Of a DNA stretch of 64,000 bases, positions 44,110 to 58,045 are shown piece after piece. Position numbers and translations under genes: made by a program. This DNA is from Hydrurus foetidus (lineage: Eukaryota): the NCBI GenBank assembly GCA_900617105.1, contig UYFQ01000830.1:1-64000 (forward strand), given 5' to 3'. Position 1 is the stretch's first letter. Each line of letters begins with the position of its first letter. The notes under the pieces are model-generated. The model worked only from the letters and a program-made list of their open reading frames with translations, made no database searches and was not told the DNA's origin.

Positions 44110-47100
44110 ATGCTGGACAGCTTCGGAAGCTTCGATTTATCAATACTGGGATCTACAGAGCACTTCCCGCGAAGGCATATTTGGAGGAATGTCGCTCAAA
44201 AAATGAAGGATGGGAATCTGACAATGAAATATAATGGTGAAGAAGATAAACTGAATAGTTTGAAAACAGGATTAAGATGGATAGAGATGATCGGTCCTGA
44301 GAGGAAGGAAATATATAGCGCTTTATATCAGGAATCTTCTTCATTCGTTGTGTCTCCAAGTGAAACGCACAAAATAGAAAAAGATGTGCATCGAACGTTC
44401 GGATTATTTTCGAAGAACATTCCCGTCATCAGGTGAGATTAAACGTTGACGTAGCGCCTTCTGCTTTCATGATAGGAACGAAGGAGGAAGTTTCATAATC
44501 ACAGCGTTGATATTTAGTTCACGACAGCGCTTAAATTGCAAATGTCAGCGGATTACTCTGAGTGGTGGTGGCTGAAAGACTGACTGACTAATAAATCGAT
44601 ACAATGACTGATACACTGACTAACTGATACACTGACTGATAGACTGTCTGACTGTGGAGTAAAACTCTGATAAAGTGACTAACTGATAAACTGATACACT
44701 GACTAATAGACTGACTGGTATACAGACTGATTTTTACACTTGCTGACTGATGTAACGACTGATTGATTGATAGGCTGACTGACATGATGACATTGCTCTA
44801 GTCTCTGCAACACTGATTTGAAAATCCCAATATTTAGTTTAAAGCTCCGTGGCGGCATGCAGACGTACTACACTTCCTTGCACGCTGTTCTGGTCGCAGC
44901 ATCGCACCAAAGTGGATATTGCCAAGGGATAAATTTCCTAGCCGCGCTATTCATTCTCACAGAGAAAGAGGAAGATTCTTTTTCTCTGCTTTGTTTTCTG
45001 CTTAGACACAGACACTTGGAGATTCTTTTCAACCCAACTTGCTCCAGTCTTGTTGAATACATGAACTGCTTTTCAAAAAGGTACGTTTGGTACAGTACAG
45101 TACAGTGCAGTACAGTGCAGTACAGTGCAGTACAGTACAGCAAAGTACGACATCTTCGTGATTGAAAATTGACTGAGTCAGAAGCTGCAACGAATCCAAC
45201 ATGACCATTTGCGCTATAGAATGCGTATTGGATTTGCTTTCATCCGGTATCTTTTTGGCCTCCTCCACAAGCATTTTCATGCACAAGTGTTTTGATAGTA
45301 TTTGTTGTATAATTCTCTCTAAAGCACTTCACATGATATCTCTTTCAGGCTACGTAGCGGCAACAGGAAAGTGTACAAGCACCTGTGCACTGCTGGCTTC
45401 ACGCCTGTGTGTTACTGTGTGGAGTGGTTCACAACTTGTTACATCGTATGCTGCCCAGGTGAGACAAAATGACGTGATGGGATGGGATAAGATGGGATGG
45501 GATGGGATAAGATGGGATGGGATGGGATTTAATGTGATGAGATGAGATGGGACAAGATAAAATGAGATGAGATGAGATGGGATGGGATGGGATGTGATTT
45601 AATGTGAGGTGGGAGAAGATGGCTCGAGATAAATTCAGATAGTGTGTATTGTGTTCGATGATGAAAAATAATTTGAGACGATAAGATATGACATCTCATC
45701 TCAAGATGTGATTTGAAATGATGCATCATAAGGGACGATGTGATTTGATGTATTGTGATGCAGTATGACGGCAAATGAAACAAAGTGATGTAAGATGAGA
45801 TAACAGGAGAAGATAAGACCAATCTCATTTTTGAACTATCACTTTTGATTCTCGCTTTATTACTTTTACTCCCTCACCCCCTTTATCGTACCCTTCTACT
45901 TCAACACAGCATCACATCGAATCGTGTGGCATTATCTCTGACACACTCTACTATACTCTACTGTACTCTACTCTATTCTACTATACTATACTATACTATA
46001 CTATACTATACTATACTATACTATACTATACTATACTGTACTATACTATACTCTATTCTACTCTACTCTACTCTACCATACTATACTATACTATACTATA
46101 TTCTACTATACTATACTCTACTCTTCTCTATTCTACTCTACTCTACTCTATTCTACTCTACTCTTCTCTACTCTTCTATATCTTATCACGTGAAATTATT
46201 TTGTGTGATCGCAACACTTCAGCTCATCCAATCCCATTCCGTCCCACTCCATCCCATACCAGGAGATATGTCTGCCTGTTTCTTGGATCTGTTACTGCTA
46301 GGATTCGATGACATTCTGCTCAGAGTAGGACTAGCCATCATGGATGCACTCGAAGAACAGCTACTGTCTTTGGACCTTGAGGAGCTGCAGATGAACTTCA
46401 AGAAGTACGTCATTTGCTCCTCACAGTGCATATGTATGCATAGCACCTATTCCATTCATTTATTCAGAGTCAAACTCTCTTTTGTCGACTTCAACTTTAC
46501 GGGTACTCTCCTACTGAAAGGAAGAAGAGTTTTATTGTTCACAAGAATGGTAGAACAAATCCGTAATTTAAACTTGAGCCGAATCAACCACATGTCACGA
46601 ATAACTACCACGCAACACCATGCCGCAGTCTTCGCATTTGCCATGCTACCATTGGCATGTTATGCGATGCATATCATGCTGCTCTACAACGTGCTGTATG
46701 TGCGATGGCTTAAGCTAGTGGCTATACTGTCACCAACTGACACTTTTCTTCCTCTCTCCTGTCTCCTTTCCTATTTATCTAATACTTCTCTATGCTGCTT
46801 GTAACATCATATGAACGTAGGCTGGTTGCTGGGCTGTCACCGATAGACATCTTCCCTAGGGCCCTTAGCTACCCCCCGTACAGCACACACAGCGGTGAGG
46901 ATATTCTCACGGTAAGGGTGATGAGAAGGCGTATGATAGAAGGAATCCACTCACATAACTGCTTTTTGCAGCGGTTTGTTAATCGTTTGCATCTTGTCTT
47001 ATCTTACTTTGTCTTGTCTTGTCTTGTCTTGTCTTGTCTTGTCTTGTCTTGTCTCTTCCTCCTTGTCTTGTCTTGTCTTGTCTTGACTTGTCATGTCATG

Positions 47101-50100
47101 TCTTATCTTGTCTCTTCCTCCCTGTCTTGTCTTGTCTTGTCTTATGTTATCTTGTCGTATCTTATCTAATGTTAGTTGCCTTGCCTGCCCTTTCCTACTC
47201 TCTAAACTTTTATCTCTGCTTCTCCTCACTTCTCCCCTAATCTCTCTGCTCCGTTTCTTTTTTTTATTATTTCCATCTTTTTCTCTCTTTACTACTTTAC
47301 TTTTCTCGTTTCTACTGTACTCCGCTCTACACTTCTCATCCTCCGGATTCTTCACTATTCTCCAATCTTTTATTTCCCCTCTTCTTATCTCTTCTCTTCT
47401 CTTTCCTTGCCTTCTCCTCTCTTTACTCTCTCCGCTACACTTCTCTCAAATCTCTCCTTTGCACTCTTTAATCTTTCATTCTTCTCTCAGGTGATGGCTC
47501 GTAACATCGATATGATGGATCCCGGGTCAGAATTCGTGGACACGCTCTCTCGCTCTTACAAGCCCTCCGACAGCACTCTATTCTCAAAGAAGAAAAGTGA
47601 TCGCCATAGAGATAATGACTGCAGCACTAAAAATGAGGAACAGCGGCCTACTAAGAGGGAAAGTAGGGCACATACTGGTCGGGATAACGAGCTGTACCTG
47701 AGCTCTGATGATGATGTAGGCGTTGACGAGAATGTGGATGTGAGTGGCAGGACTATGAGGGACGAAAGGTCTACGGTACTCACGACACCCACACACACCC
47801 CTCTGTCCCTCTGTCTGTCCCCCTTACTGTCCTCCCCTCCATCGCAGTCCCACTCTCCCTCCACCCCCTCATCCGACTACATCCCCCCCTCATCGCCCTT
47901 CGCTACACCACCCAAAAGAGGCGGTCAATTGATACGTGTCAACGACTCGAAGACAGATATGTACGAAGGTATGGGCGACAGTGAGATTGAGGGGACTAAT
48001 ATGATGAATTTGAATAGAATGAAAAAAGAAGAAAAGGGGGTAAGGAGAAGAAAAGAAGTGGAGGCGGTAAAGGTAGGAGAGAACGGAGGAGACAGAGATG
48101 AGGGATGCACGTACGTTAGTCTGAGTGAGGTAGAGAAAAAGAAAAGTAGTACGCATTCTAGGAATGTGGTTCCTAGGTCTCCTCCCATTCCCCACACAAC
48201 TGATGAGGGTCGGTCACGTACACACACACACAAGCGTATGCATGAGCATGAGCATGAGGTGTCGAAGAGAGTGCACGTACTGACGCAAGGTAGCAGCGAT
48301 GATGATGACGTTGTGGCCAGTCGCAGTGATGGAAGTGGGACGGGGACGGGGAGAGGAAGAGTGAGAACATATCTTCTTAGCGGTCACAAGTTAGACCATG
48401 CCGTTATCGATGATCACTTCGCAATCGCTATTATCTCCAACAACAACACCAACAACAACACCAACATAAACAACAACATGAGCAACATCAATACAACAGC
48501 TGAAAGTGATTGTGGGAGTGAGAGTGAGAAGAGTAACAGTGACGAGAGTGAGAGCGAGAGCGAGAGCGAGAGTGATTTTGCCGATGACGAATCGGCACAT
48601 GCTACCACCTCCCCCTCTCCCTCCATCCACTCCACACGCCATCGCTCTCCACCCATACGGAAATTGCCTTCTAAGCAGCACACACAGGGCAATCACGCAC
48701 ACAGTAGTCACAGAAATGGCCGCAAAGGCACGACTGAATTCGACAATATTTATTTGGAAGATAGCGAAATTAAGATGTATGATAACATCGACTCCAAGCT
48801 GCTGGGAAAACTGGCGAATGCTAATTCTGTTTCTGCCTTTGACAAAGAGGCCAGTGGTGGCAGAGATGGTATGGGGAGTGGACGGGGGGGAGGGACAGGA
48901 GGAATGGAGGGGATAGGAACAGGAATAGGGCTAGACGGGTCGAGAGCGGGCATCAGTGTGCTTGTAGGTGCGGGTGCGGAGGAGAGTAGGGGGAAGGGTG
49001 GAGTTGAGAAGTACAGTCCGCGTGTGGCGTACGATCACAACAGTCCTCGTATCAAGAAGGATGCGAACATGAACGCAAATATGATCGTGGGTCATAATTT
49101 CAGCCGCCATCACGATGTTAGAAAAGACGTGAGTGATCATACTGAAATTTGTAATCACAATGACAATGACAAAGGAACTGTCCGTACGAAGGATACTGGG
49201 AAAGACAAGAATAGCATTTCTGATGACGTCAGCAAATGCAAAGAGAGCCACATCAAAAACGACGATGTAAATCGAAATAGCATTGTCGATATTATCGCTC
49301 AAAAAGATAACGTTGATCGTAACAGCAAAATTGGCAAAAATAAGAACGACAAAACTAACGAATATTCCAGTCCACAGAAATTAAAAATCTGTGAACCTAA
49401 GATAATTACCAAAAAAACAATAATACCCCGTACAGATTATGAGGTGTTTTTCAGAAGGGTAACCAAACTGAACAACTTGATTCTCTTTGAAAAGGAGTAT
49501 CATGAAAATCAGATCGCTGTATTGTGCGGAAAGGAAAGCAATGTGAAATTTCTAAGTCCTAACAAAATGAATGTGGAGAAAAAGAAAAAGAAATTCTGGA
49601 AAAAGAGGCCAAAATTGTTGAAGAAATTAATGGATAAAAAGTGGAAGGATAAGGAAAGTGAAAAGGAGAGGAGTGCGGAGAGAGAAAAGAAGTGCGAAAA
49701 AGAGAAAGAGAGGATGTCGGAGAGGGGAACGAATAGGGAGAGAGAAAGGGAGATAGAGGGGAAGAGTGGTCATGAGAGAAGTAGGAACAGAGAGTACATG
49801 TGTTTACATCGACACGACATCTTCATCATTGACAGCGACCGTGTAACCGACAGCAGCGACAACAGCGCAACAAATGCCTGCAGTAGAAATAGACGGAATG
49901 GAGAAATAAAGAACAATGGGAGAACGGGAGATGCTAAGAAAAGGAGGGATGAAGGGGGGAGAAGAGAGAGAAGAGAGAGAAGGGCTAATAAGCAGAGAGA
50001 TGAGGAGGTTAACAAGAACCCTTACCTTAACAGCAGAAAAGAGAAGAACTGTAAGGAACATGCAGACTTGGATAGTGACTTTCAACATTGCAGAGGGAAA

Positions 50101-52509
50101 AGCAAGACTACGAATGTACATCGCGCTTTCACGTCTCAGCCCGGTGCCTCTATCCCTGTTGGTGTGCATGATGTGGATGATGAGGATGAGGATGCATCCG
50201 TGGGTACTGATGACAGCAGCAGCAGTGATGGTGGCGGAAGGGGAGGGGCGACAATGGTGTGTGAAATTAAAGGTGTGAATGATTCTGGTCGGAATAGAGG
50301 AGACACAGGGAGAGAGAGAGGGGAGGGTGGTTCCACGAGCACGAGTATGAGTACGAGTGCGACACCGAAGAGTCAGAGACATTCAGGCAAAGCACAAGAA
50401 GTGCCGTGTCGGAGAGGGGGCAGTACCAAGGAGGGGAGTGGGAGTGGAGATGTTAGTAGTGACGTAGGTGGAGGGGAATCTTCTGGCTTCACTTCGAGAA
50501 AGAAGAATGTCAAAAGCAGCACCAGAAACAACAACCGCTACAACACCAACAGCAGTACCAGCGAGAAGGCGGACAGATTTCTCCTCCACACGCCAATACA
50601 GTCACCATCACATCCACACACAGTCCCACATCACAACGAAAGCACCAATGCTACTCCAGCTACGGATTCCGACAGCTTTCCGTCATTTTCGAATTTCCTA
50701 AAATCGATTGATTTGCTTACTAACGGATTCTCTATAGTCGACAAAAGCAAAGACAAGGAAAGTGATGGGATGGAAGGGAAGGAGAAGAAGAGGGAGAAGG
50801 GAGGGAGAAATGGAACCTTTGACACAAATCAAATTCTCTTTCCGTATAATCAGCAATACGGGGTGTATTACGGAAAAAAGAATTCAGCAAATTTGGGGAT
50901 ACCCTCTAGGATTGGTGAATTGGAAAACAAAGAAACGGAAATAACGCCACATTCTGATAGCATTCTTCCTGTTCCTCTACCTGCACTAGTTTCATCCTCT
51001 CCCTTTTCTTCATTCTCTGCTTTCCCTCTTTCCTTCTCCTACATCCCAGCCATGCTCGCAATTGAAAATGCGGACACTAGTAAGAAAGAAGAAGTCTTGA
51101 TTGTGATAGAAGAAAAAAAAATAGGAGCAAAAGTGAAGAGTGAGAAAAAAGAAAATAAAGAATCAAAGAGAAGTTGGCCGACGCTCAAACAAAGTAACTT
51201 ATCGAAAGTGAGCGATGAAGTGACTGGTCTCAATGGTTCCCAACTGTCTCCTTCTCTTGTTGGTCGGAACAAGAACTTTGCCATGTACGAGATTCCAGAT
51301 CGCAATGCACGCACAGAGATGTTGTTGTACGGACGTAGTGACAATGATGAGACTGTAGTAGGAAGAGGGGGAGGAAGAGGAGGGGTAAAAGACTGTGCTG
51401 ACAAGCTATCCACCCAGATGTACAGTCACGCACACACACACAGATACTCCAGCTATGACAACCCTAAGTCCTCGTCCGTCCCTCTCACCGCATGCTCTAC
51501 TGCTGACAACACTCACAGCCACACGCCCACACGCACTCGTGCACCATCACAGTCCCACACACACTCTAGTGCACACTCAAACTTGAAGTCGGGCATTGAC
51601 CTCAATCCTCTAGGTGACTATGACTCGGCTCCACCACACCTCCAACAATTGCACAATCAAATAGCACGCAACTGCAGGACGACACCAGTGGACAAAAAAA
51701 CGCTCGCTCCTACTCTGTATGTGAAAGACTCTCATGATAAATGTGGCAGAAATATCGGTTTGATAGGCGCTAGTAAGAAAGGTGGAGGTGGTGAGGAAGA
51801 GAAAGTAAAAGAAAAAGGAACAGAAAAGACCACAGTCAAGAAAATGGTGGACAGAATAGAGGGCCAGCTCAGAGTGGAAGGAGGAGAAGGAGGTGAAGGA
51901 GAGGCTGGTGACGCGTTGAAGCGAGTGGCACTGAGTGGAATGGAGAAAGGTAACATTAAAGTCTCTACAAGTGCTGCTGCTGATGTTAGTGGAAAGAGAA
52001 AACAGAGCTTTACCAGAAACAATGGAAATGCAAAAGCGCAAGGGCTTCAAACTGGAAGAGACAGGAGAAACGCAATGAAGAATAGAGTAGAGGAGGTGAA
52101 GGGCAGTGAAGTAGGAAAAGTAAAAGAGAAGGAGGAGGACAAAAGTAAGAATGTAGACAAGGATAAAGCAAAAGATAAGGATAAAGGGAGTCAGATTGTG
52201 AGACACTCCACGCCTTACCGTGCTATCCGATCCCTTTGGGGGACAACACTTTTCATCACCACTTTTGGACTTGCGGGAAAGTTACCTGGAGTAAAGAATG
52301 ACGAGAAGAAAGAAGTGGCGATCAAAGAAGGGTACGAAATATTCCTGCATAATGATGGTGGGAAAACAACAATGGAAAAGAAAAAGGAAAAGAGAGGGAG
52401 AAGGGAAGAGATGGGGAGAGGGAGAGAGAGAGAGAGAGAGAGAAGAGAAGAATTCGTCATGCGAATGAAGCTATCAAAAGCAAAGGTAGCAGCAGGGATA
52501 GAGATGTAG
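44110..52509 (+). CDS. TBC-domain Rab GTPase-activating protein with a very large low-complexity final exon (may extend to 53482)
   Basis: Arginine finger IEKDVHRTF and glutamine finger GYCQGINFL are intact. Also YCVEWFTTCY and FLDLLLLGFDDILLRVGLAIM. After the acceptor at 47490 comes an open frame of about 1670 codons rich in S/K/E/R/D/G. Confidence 0.88.
45946..46172 (+). repeat. Intronic (TACTA/TACTC)n microsatellite
   Basis: Directly visible pentamer periodicity. Confidence 0.93.
46995..47160 (+). repeat. Intronic (GTCTT)n microsatellite
   Basis: Directly visible pentamer periodicity. Confidence 0.93.
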
Positions 52510-55500
52510 ATAGAGATGGTGGTACAGATAAGGTGAGGGAGAGGGAGGGAGAGGGAGGCACAGAGACACTTTGCGCTATCATCCTGGGGAACGTACATCG
52601 TACAGCTCATCCAGCTACTCCTCTTTTTCGAGCACAGATTTCTTCAGTATAGAAAATCGCCACACTAGTGACGGGAGTGCAAACGGGCATGAGCGTTCTC
52701 ATCGATATGATAAAAATAGAAGGAGTGGAAATTTTGACGAGAAGTTAGGGGATGATTCCGTGATAGAGAATATTTTGATTGAAAGTCAGTGCGTACCTTG
52801 GAATGACAGTAACAGTGGTAGTTGCAGTGATGATGATGATGATGATGATGATACGGGTAGGGATGGGGATAGGGATAGGGGTAGGGGTAGAGAGGGCGGT
52901 CGTGTGTATAGAGATGGTAATGATGGTGATGACGATGACTCAGCTGTGGGAGGTGGCAGGGCAGCTACTAGACTGATGTTCCATTCTCCCCGTAGTGCTC
53001 CTGCTGATATCTCTCTGTCTTTCAGCATGTCCAGAGGAAACAAGGGAATGAGTCAGTGTCACAGTAGGAGTGAGAGGGAGATGAAAGGGGTGGAGGAAGG
53101 AGGGAAGAGTGCTACTGTATGGCATTTGTCACCTAGCCCATCCCACGAGGTGTCTATGTTCGGTAGCTGCGATGTTAATCTTTCCCCATCTCCCTGTCCT
53201 TCTTTCTCCCCCTATCACTCTTCACACCTACATCCCTTCCTCTCCCCCACCATCTGTCCCTCCTTCTCTCCTTCCCTCCCACTCGCCTCTTCTCGATCTC
53301 CCTATTTCGGACACTTTTTATCGGTCAAGAAAAAGAGGGAGGCTGGCAAGCGTTTACGGAGTTACTTGGCAATTAAATTGAGACAAAAACAGAAGGAAAT
53401 AGAGAGTAATCGCCTGAAGGAAGAACAAGAAGATCAAGAAGGGCTTCATCAAGATAAAGACCAAGATCAATGGCAGTTGTAAAGTGTACTCTGACTGACA
53501 ATGTGATGTGGATCGTATCCGGATAACTATCACGGGAGCTGCAGACTGATTACCATATTGTGCGGATAGAATGTTGGTGTGACTGCATAGAGCGCAATGA
53601 GAGACTCCATCAAAATCAGAGCTCACCATCTAACCATCTAACCATCCATCCGTTTTTCAATTAGTATGTCAGTCCCCCTGTCAATCTTGATCGGTCGATT
53701 AGAATCATGTTTAATAGATGTGCTTGTCAGCAAATCACACGGTATTCAAGTACGTGATTAAATTACACGATACCTACTCGTATTACTATGGTGATCATGT
53801 CATCTGTCAAACCCTATATTTCACATGTGGTGCTACACCTCATCTCCTCTTCTTGTCAGTCCTCTCCTTTTCTCTTCTCTCCTTTTCTTTTCTTAGTCAT
53901 CTATGTGCATCTCCTCCATACCTCACCTCTCTTCGCCCCTCTCCCTCCTGCTCTCATTCTCCCTTCTACTTCTCGTCTGATACCCTCATACCTTTCAACA
54001 GCAACGACACAACACTTGCGCTCTCCTCCGCACCCCAACAGAAATCTTTCTCTCCTCCTCTCTCCCAACAGCATTTCTGCCTATACTGTCAACGAGCATC
54101 TTCCTAATCCACTCCATTCCTCACATCATGTTACATTACCCACATTTTCACCGATCTCGCTCTGATTCCGTTCAGAGCGAAATGATGTCATCGCTGCTAC
54201 GGATACTGTATGACTCCATTGTGAACGTATGTACGTTTCTTATTTCTTACATTCCAAATACTACATACACCTCTTTTAATTTCATTTAATATCGTTTGAT
54301 TTAATTTGGCTTGATGATATTTAATCTCTAGCAGTGTACTACAGTAACTCTATTAGTGTACTGAAATCTCTACACGGTTGTATTTCAATACGCACACACT
54401 GTATTTGATTATCTGTTTGTCGAGGTGGAGAATGCTTCTTGATACGTGGCTATTATGTCGTGTTCTGTAGCTGACTGATAGACAGACAGCACGTATCAGC
54501 GGGACATTACTATGTTACATTCAATACGTTACATTACACTCATGTGTCCCAGCGGATAAACAAGACAACACACGACAAATGCAAGACAAGACGAAACAGC
54601 AGATAGACAGACACACTGTCTCAACAACTGATGAAGTTACGGTATAATCTTCTTCCCCCCGTGTAATTTACTCCCCACACAACACTCACTTTCCCTTTTC
54701 TTCTTATAACAACTGGGACTTTTCAAGACCGAGTCAAATCGTCAAACAAGGGAGGGAAAAGAAGAAAAGGCAAGGAAGGGAATGTACGTGTGAGGGGGTA
54801 AAAGGTTGGGAGCAAGAACGAGTGGAAGAATGAATGAGTGAATGAGGATGGGAGATAAATGAAGTAGACAACTAAAAAAAGAAACAAACGACAGTAAGAA
54901 AGAAAGGAGAAAAAGAGAAAAGAAGAAAGGCATAGAGATAGAATATGGTGGAGTTGCATGCTCTCCTGAGAAGGCTGAAGATGATGCAGCGTATCATGAC
55001 TCATTATCACCACGAAGTGGCTAGGACACTACAAGGATAGTGTGAAGTAAACGGCACATCACAGCTAGACATGCTGTACATTATCCAGCGCGTCATGTGA
55101 TGCTTTTTTTCTTTCCTATTATCTGACTCCTCTACACTCCCATTCTTTTCTAATTTGATTGCTCTTTTTTTCTTTTTTTCTCATTCTTGTTCTCTTCTCT
55201 CCTTCTCTTTTTTTCTCATTTTTGTTCTTTTCTTTCCTTTTCTCATTTCTCAACACACGACTCACGTCATCATCGGTAAGGGTAAGAAATATCACAACCA
55301 ATATGTTCAATGAGAAGATGAATGACTACTTTATTACTCAAAATGTTTCGATGTCATAATCTAATATAACAAATTTGCCGAACCTCAATACTCCATGAGA
55401 TTAATAACAATCGTCAGTCAACTCTATGTACGGCATTCAGTAAGTAAAGTTCAATCGTATGCATTCAAACAAGACCGTATGAGATGTGCTATGAAGTACT

Positions 55501-55533
55501 TGGGACGTTTTTTGTCTGAGTCTACCGAGCGAC

Positions 55534-57187
55534 CTACAATCCAAATATTTTAATCACTCTATCCCGATATGCTTCTTTTGTAAATTCGAGTGGAATGAAA
55601 GGTCTTAGTTCTGTTATCATCGACTGCTCTACGCATTGCTGTAGAGATGATAAATCGTTCTGTAAGTACGAGCACACGTACGGCTCCCCTATACTCTCGG
55701 CTGCATGAGGGTGTTGACTGGCGAATGAGTGGTCGTTGTGTATGACAGGTGGGCTGTAGATAGGGTTGATGTACATGCACCCTGCTGCCACTGCATCGAT
55801 GGCAGAGGGGCCCAGAAGGGGGTCTCCCAGTCCTAGGAGGAATCTGCTCTGTGTCAACAGAACATTCCACTGCTCTGCGTTCTGATGCCCCAGCCAGGTG
55901 ATGTTCTGATTGTCGAATACTTCAGCTGATGCGGTTGAAAGCAGAGCCACACCATGTGCTAGAGACTCTATTAGTTTCATTTTACCATCGAAGTGGTTTC
56001 CGTCTTTGCCCCATAGAATGCCTTGCTGTTTTCTCACTGACTTGATATCAAGTACGTCATCCTCCTTAAAGTATCCCAAGAAGGAATTCTGATAACTCGT
56101 GTTATAAGCTGTTAGGAATCGAGAAGGAGGAACGTTCAATCCAGAACCGCGTAACGTCTTGGACCCGAAAAAATCCAGAATGAACATTTTATTGTCCATA
56201 CCCCTGAGATGTTTTTTAGGGACCCAACCTGATAAGAGAAAAATTGTCATATATAAATATTGGAAATACATAATATTACTTATTTGCTGATAACAGCAAA
56301 TCTACACAGTATAATTCTTGAATTTAGGGGTAGAGATAGTCTTTTCAATATGAGCGAAATAGGGACACAGAACAGAATGCATGGATCAAGTCCCGAGAAT
56401 ATTAAATATGTACGTGCATTATATATTGGCGATACACACAAACAGCAAATCTATACAGTCACAATTGAGTGCAACTTTAACCTTGGTAACGAATGTGAAT
56501 AAAGGTGATGGTATGTATGAATGAAGTGTTGAGAGGAATTTTGAATTGATGACAGTCAACCTTTCGCAGCCCACGTCCAAGGGTCCACAATAATGAAGTC
56601 GTACTTACTCGTATCCGATGACTCAAACTCTGGGCAATAATTAGGAAATTAAAGAAATTGAGTTCGTTTGTTGACTTTTCTTTTCGTTAGGAGGGGTTGT
56701 ACGTACCAGCATCAGATTCCTTCACATCCAGCTCGACATTCAATTCCTTGAAGATCTTCTCTAATGATTTCCTAACTAGAATTTCACCCGCAGCGCCACC
56801 TTGTTTACTAGCTGATTCATAGGAGAGAATTGAGTCCATTGTATACAAGAGTGCTTTCCTTTTAGGCATTTGAATAACATGATTGATTGCTGGAGTGGTA
56901 GTATTGTCCATGTTGAGTTCACTATTCTCGCGATAGCTTGCTTGATTCCTCTTGATGAGCAGTAAGTCTTCCTTAAGAGATGACAGAGTTCCATTCAAAA
57001 TGTCAAAATGCTTCTTATGTGACTCTACATTATCAGAATTTCTGTCGGATGTTGACGAATGAAGATGATAAGAGATGATATTAAACATCGTCAACGACAG
57101 CAGGAGGATCGCGATCAGTGCTGAAAATCTGCGCGGTTTGTTTTCTGATGCAGTTGCAGCAGTCCTTTCTCTACGGTGTTGCGGCAT
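55534..57187 (-). CDS. Glycosyltransferase family 18 (MGAT5/GnT-V-like) type II membrane protein; 3 exons, 414 aa
   Basis: Exons 57187-56707, 56629-56561 and 56228-55534 (1245 nt). Short basic tail, one TM helix and a coiled stem. Motifs GGAAGEIL, FILDFFGS, GILWGKD, FLLGLGDPLLGPSAIDAVAAGCMYINP and SQHPHA parallel MGAT5 GGPLGELV, VLDSFGT, LVYGK, FVGLGFPYEGPAPLEAIANGCAFLNP and SQHPYA as I recall them. Confidence 0.82.
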
Positions 57188-58045
57188 TGTATCTTCTCGG
57201 CGGCTATCGCCGGATACTATTACTATTCTCAATTCTGTTCGCAGCACAGTTTGACCGATCTGCGACTTTCATCATCACGGATGGAGTGAGAGCATTGGAC
57301 GGACTGTATCATTCCAAGAACACGGCTAGACCAAGCAAGCCGTCTCTGCCGAATGGATATGTTGGTAGTGGAGTATACCAAAGTTACACAAGAGGTGAAA
57401 GATCTTTCTGTTCAAACCGAAATCAGAGATATCATCAAGATGTGGTTCCGTTTGGGTGCGGATTATTTCAAATTTTCGGAAAAATCACCGTCAAATTTTG
57501 ATCTGTGACCGATAAGATGTTTTCCAGCATTAAGTTGTTTTAAAGAATAAGAAGGGTGGAGGGTTAGCCTGCTGCGAATTGGTTACACTTTGAAATAGGA
57601 GTATCTCTCGATAAAAGAGTTCATTGCTTAGCTTAAGAAGGATCCAGTCCGCAATTTCAGCTTACAAAAATAAAAGTATGAGTTACAAAGTAATTTTTTA
57701 AGTATTGTTAATGAATTCATGTATGTGTGGATGGTACAGTGAGAGAGGAAGAACAGAAAGAGCGCACCAGCTGGATGATACTGTAAAGTGCTACTACACA
57801 ACACCACATCAGATAGCAGCACATCTCATCTTACCATAACCTGCTATCAACTTCTCACTGGTCAGACGACAGATCGTTACCGCTCTACTAAATCCAGAAT
57901 TATTCCAGACTATTTCCTCACAAAGACCAAATAAATTCAATGGAAGCACCACCAATTATTCTGATGCTGTTCTAGATTTTAGATGCTATTTCAGATTATT
58001 AAAGCAGGTTCAATTATCGGCCTCAGTTATGGAGAAAATCGTTTA

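Noticed and set aside
45845..47494. 319-aa and neighbouring hydrophobic ORFs
   Set aside because: Mostly intronic TACTA, GTCTT and CT tracts. Only short embedded exons belong to the TBC gene.
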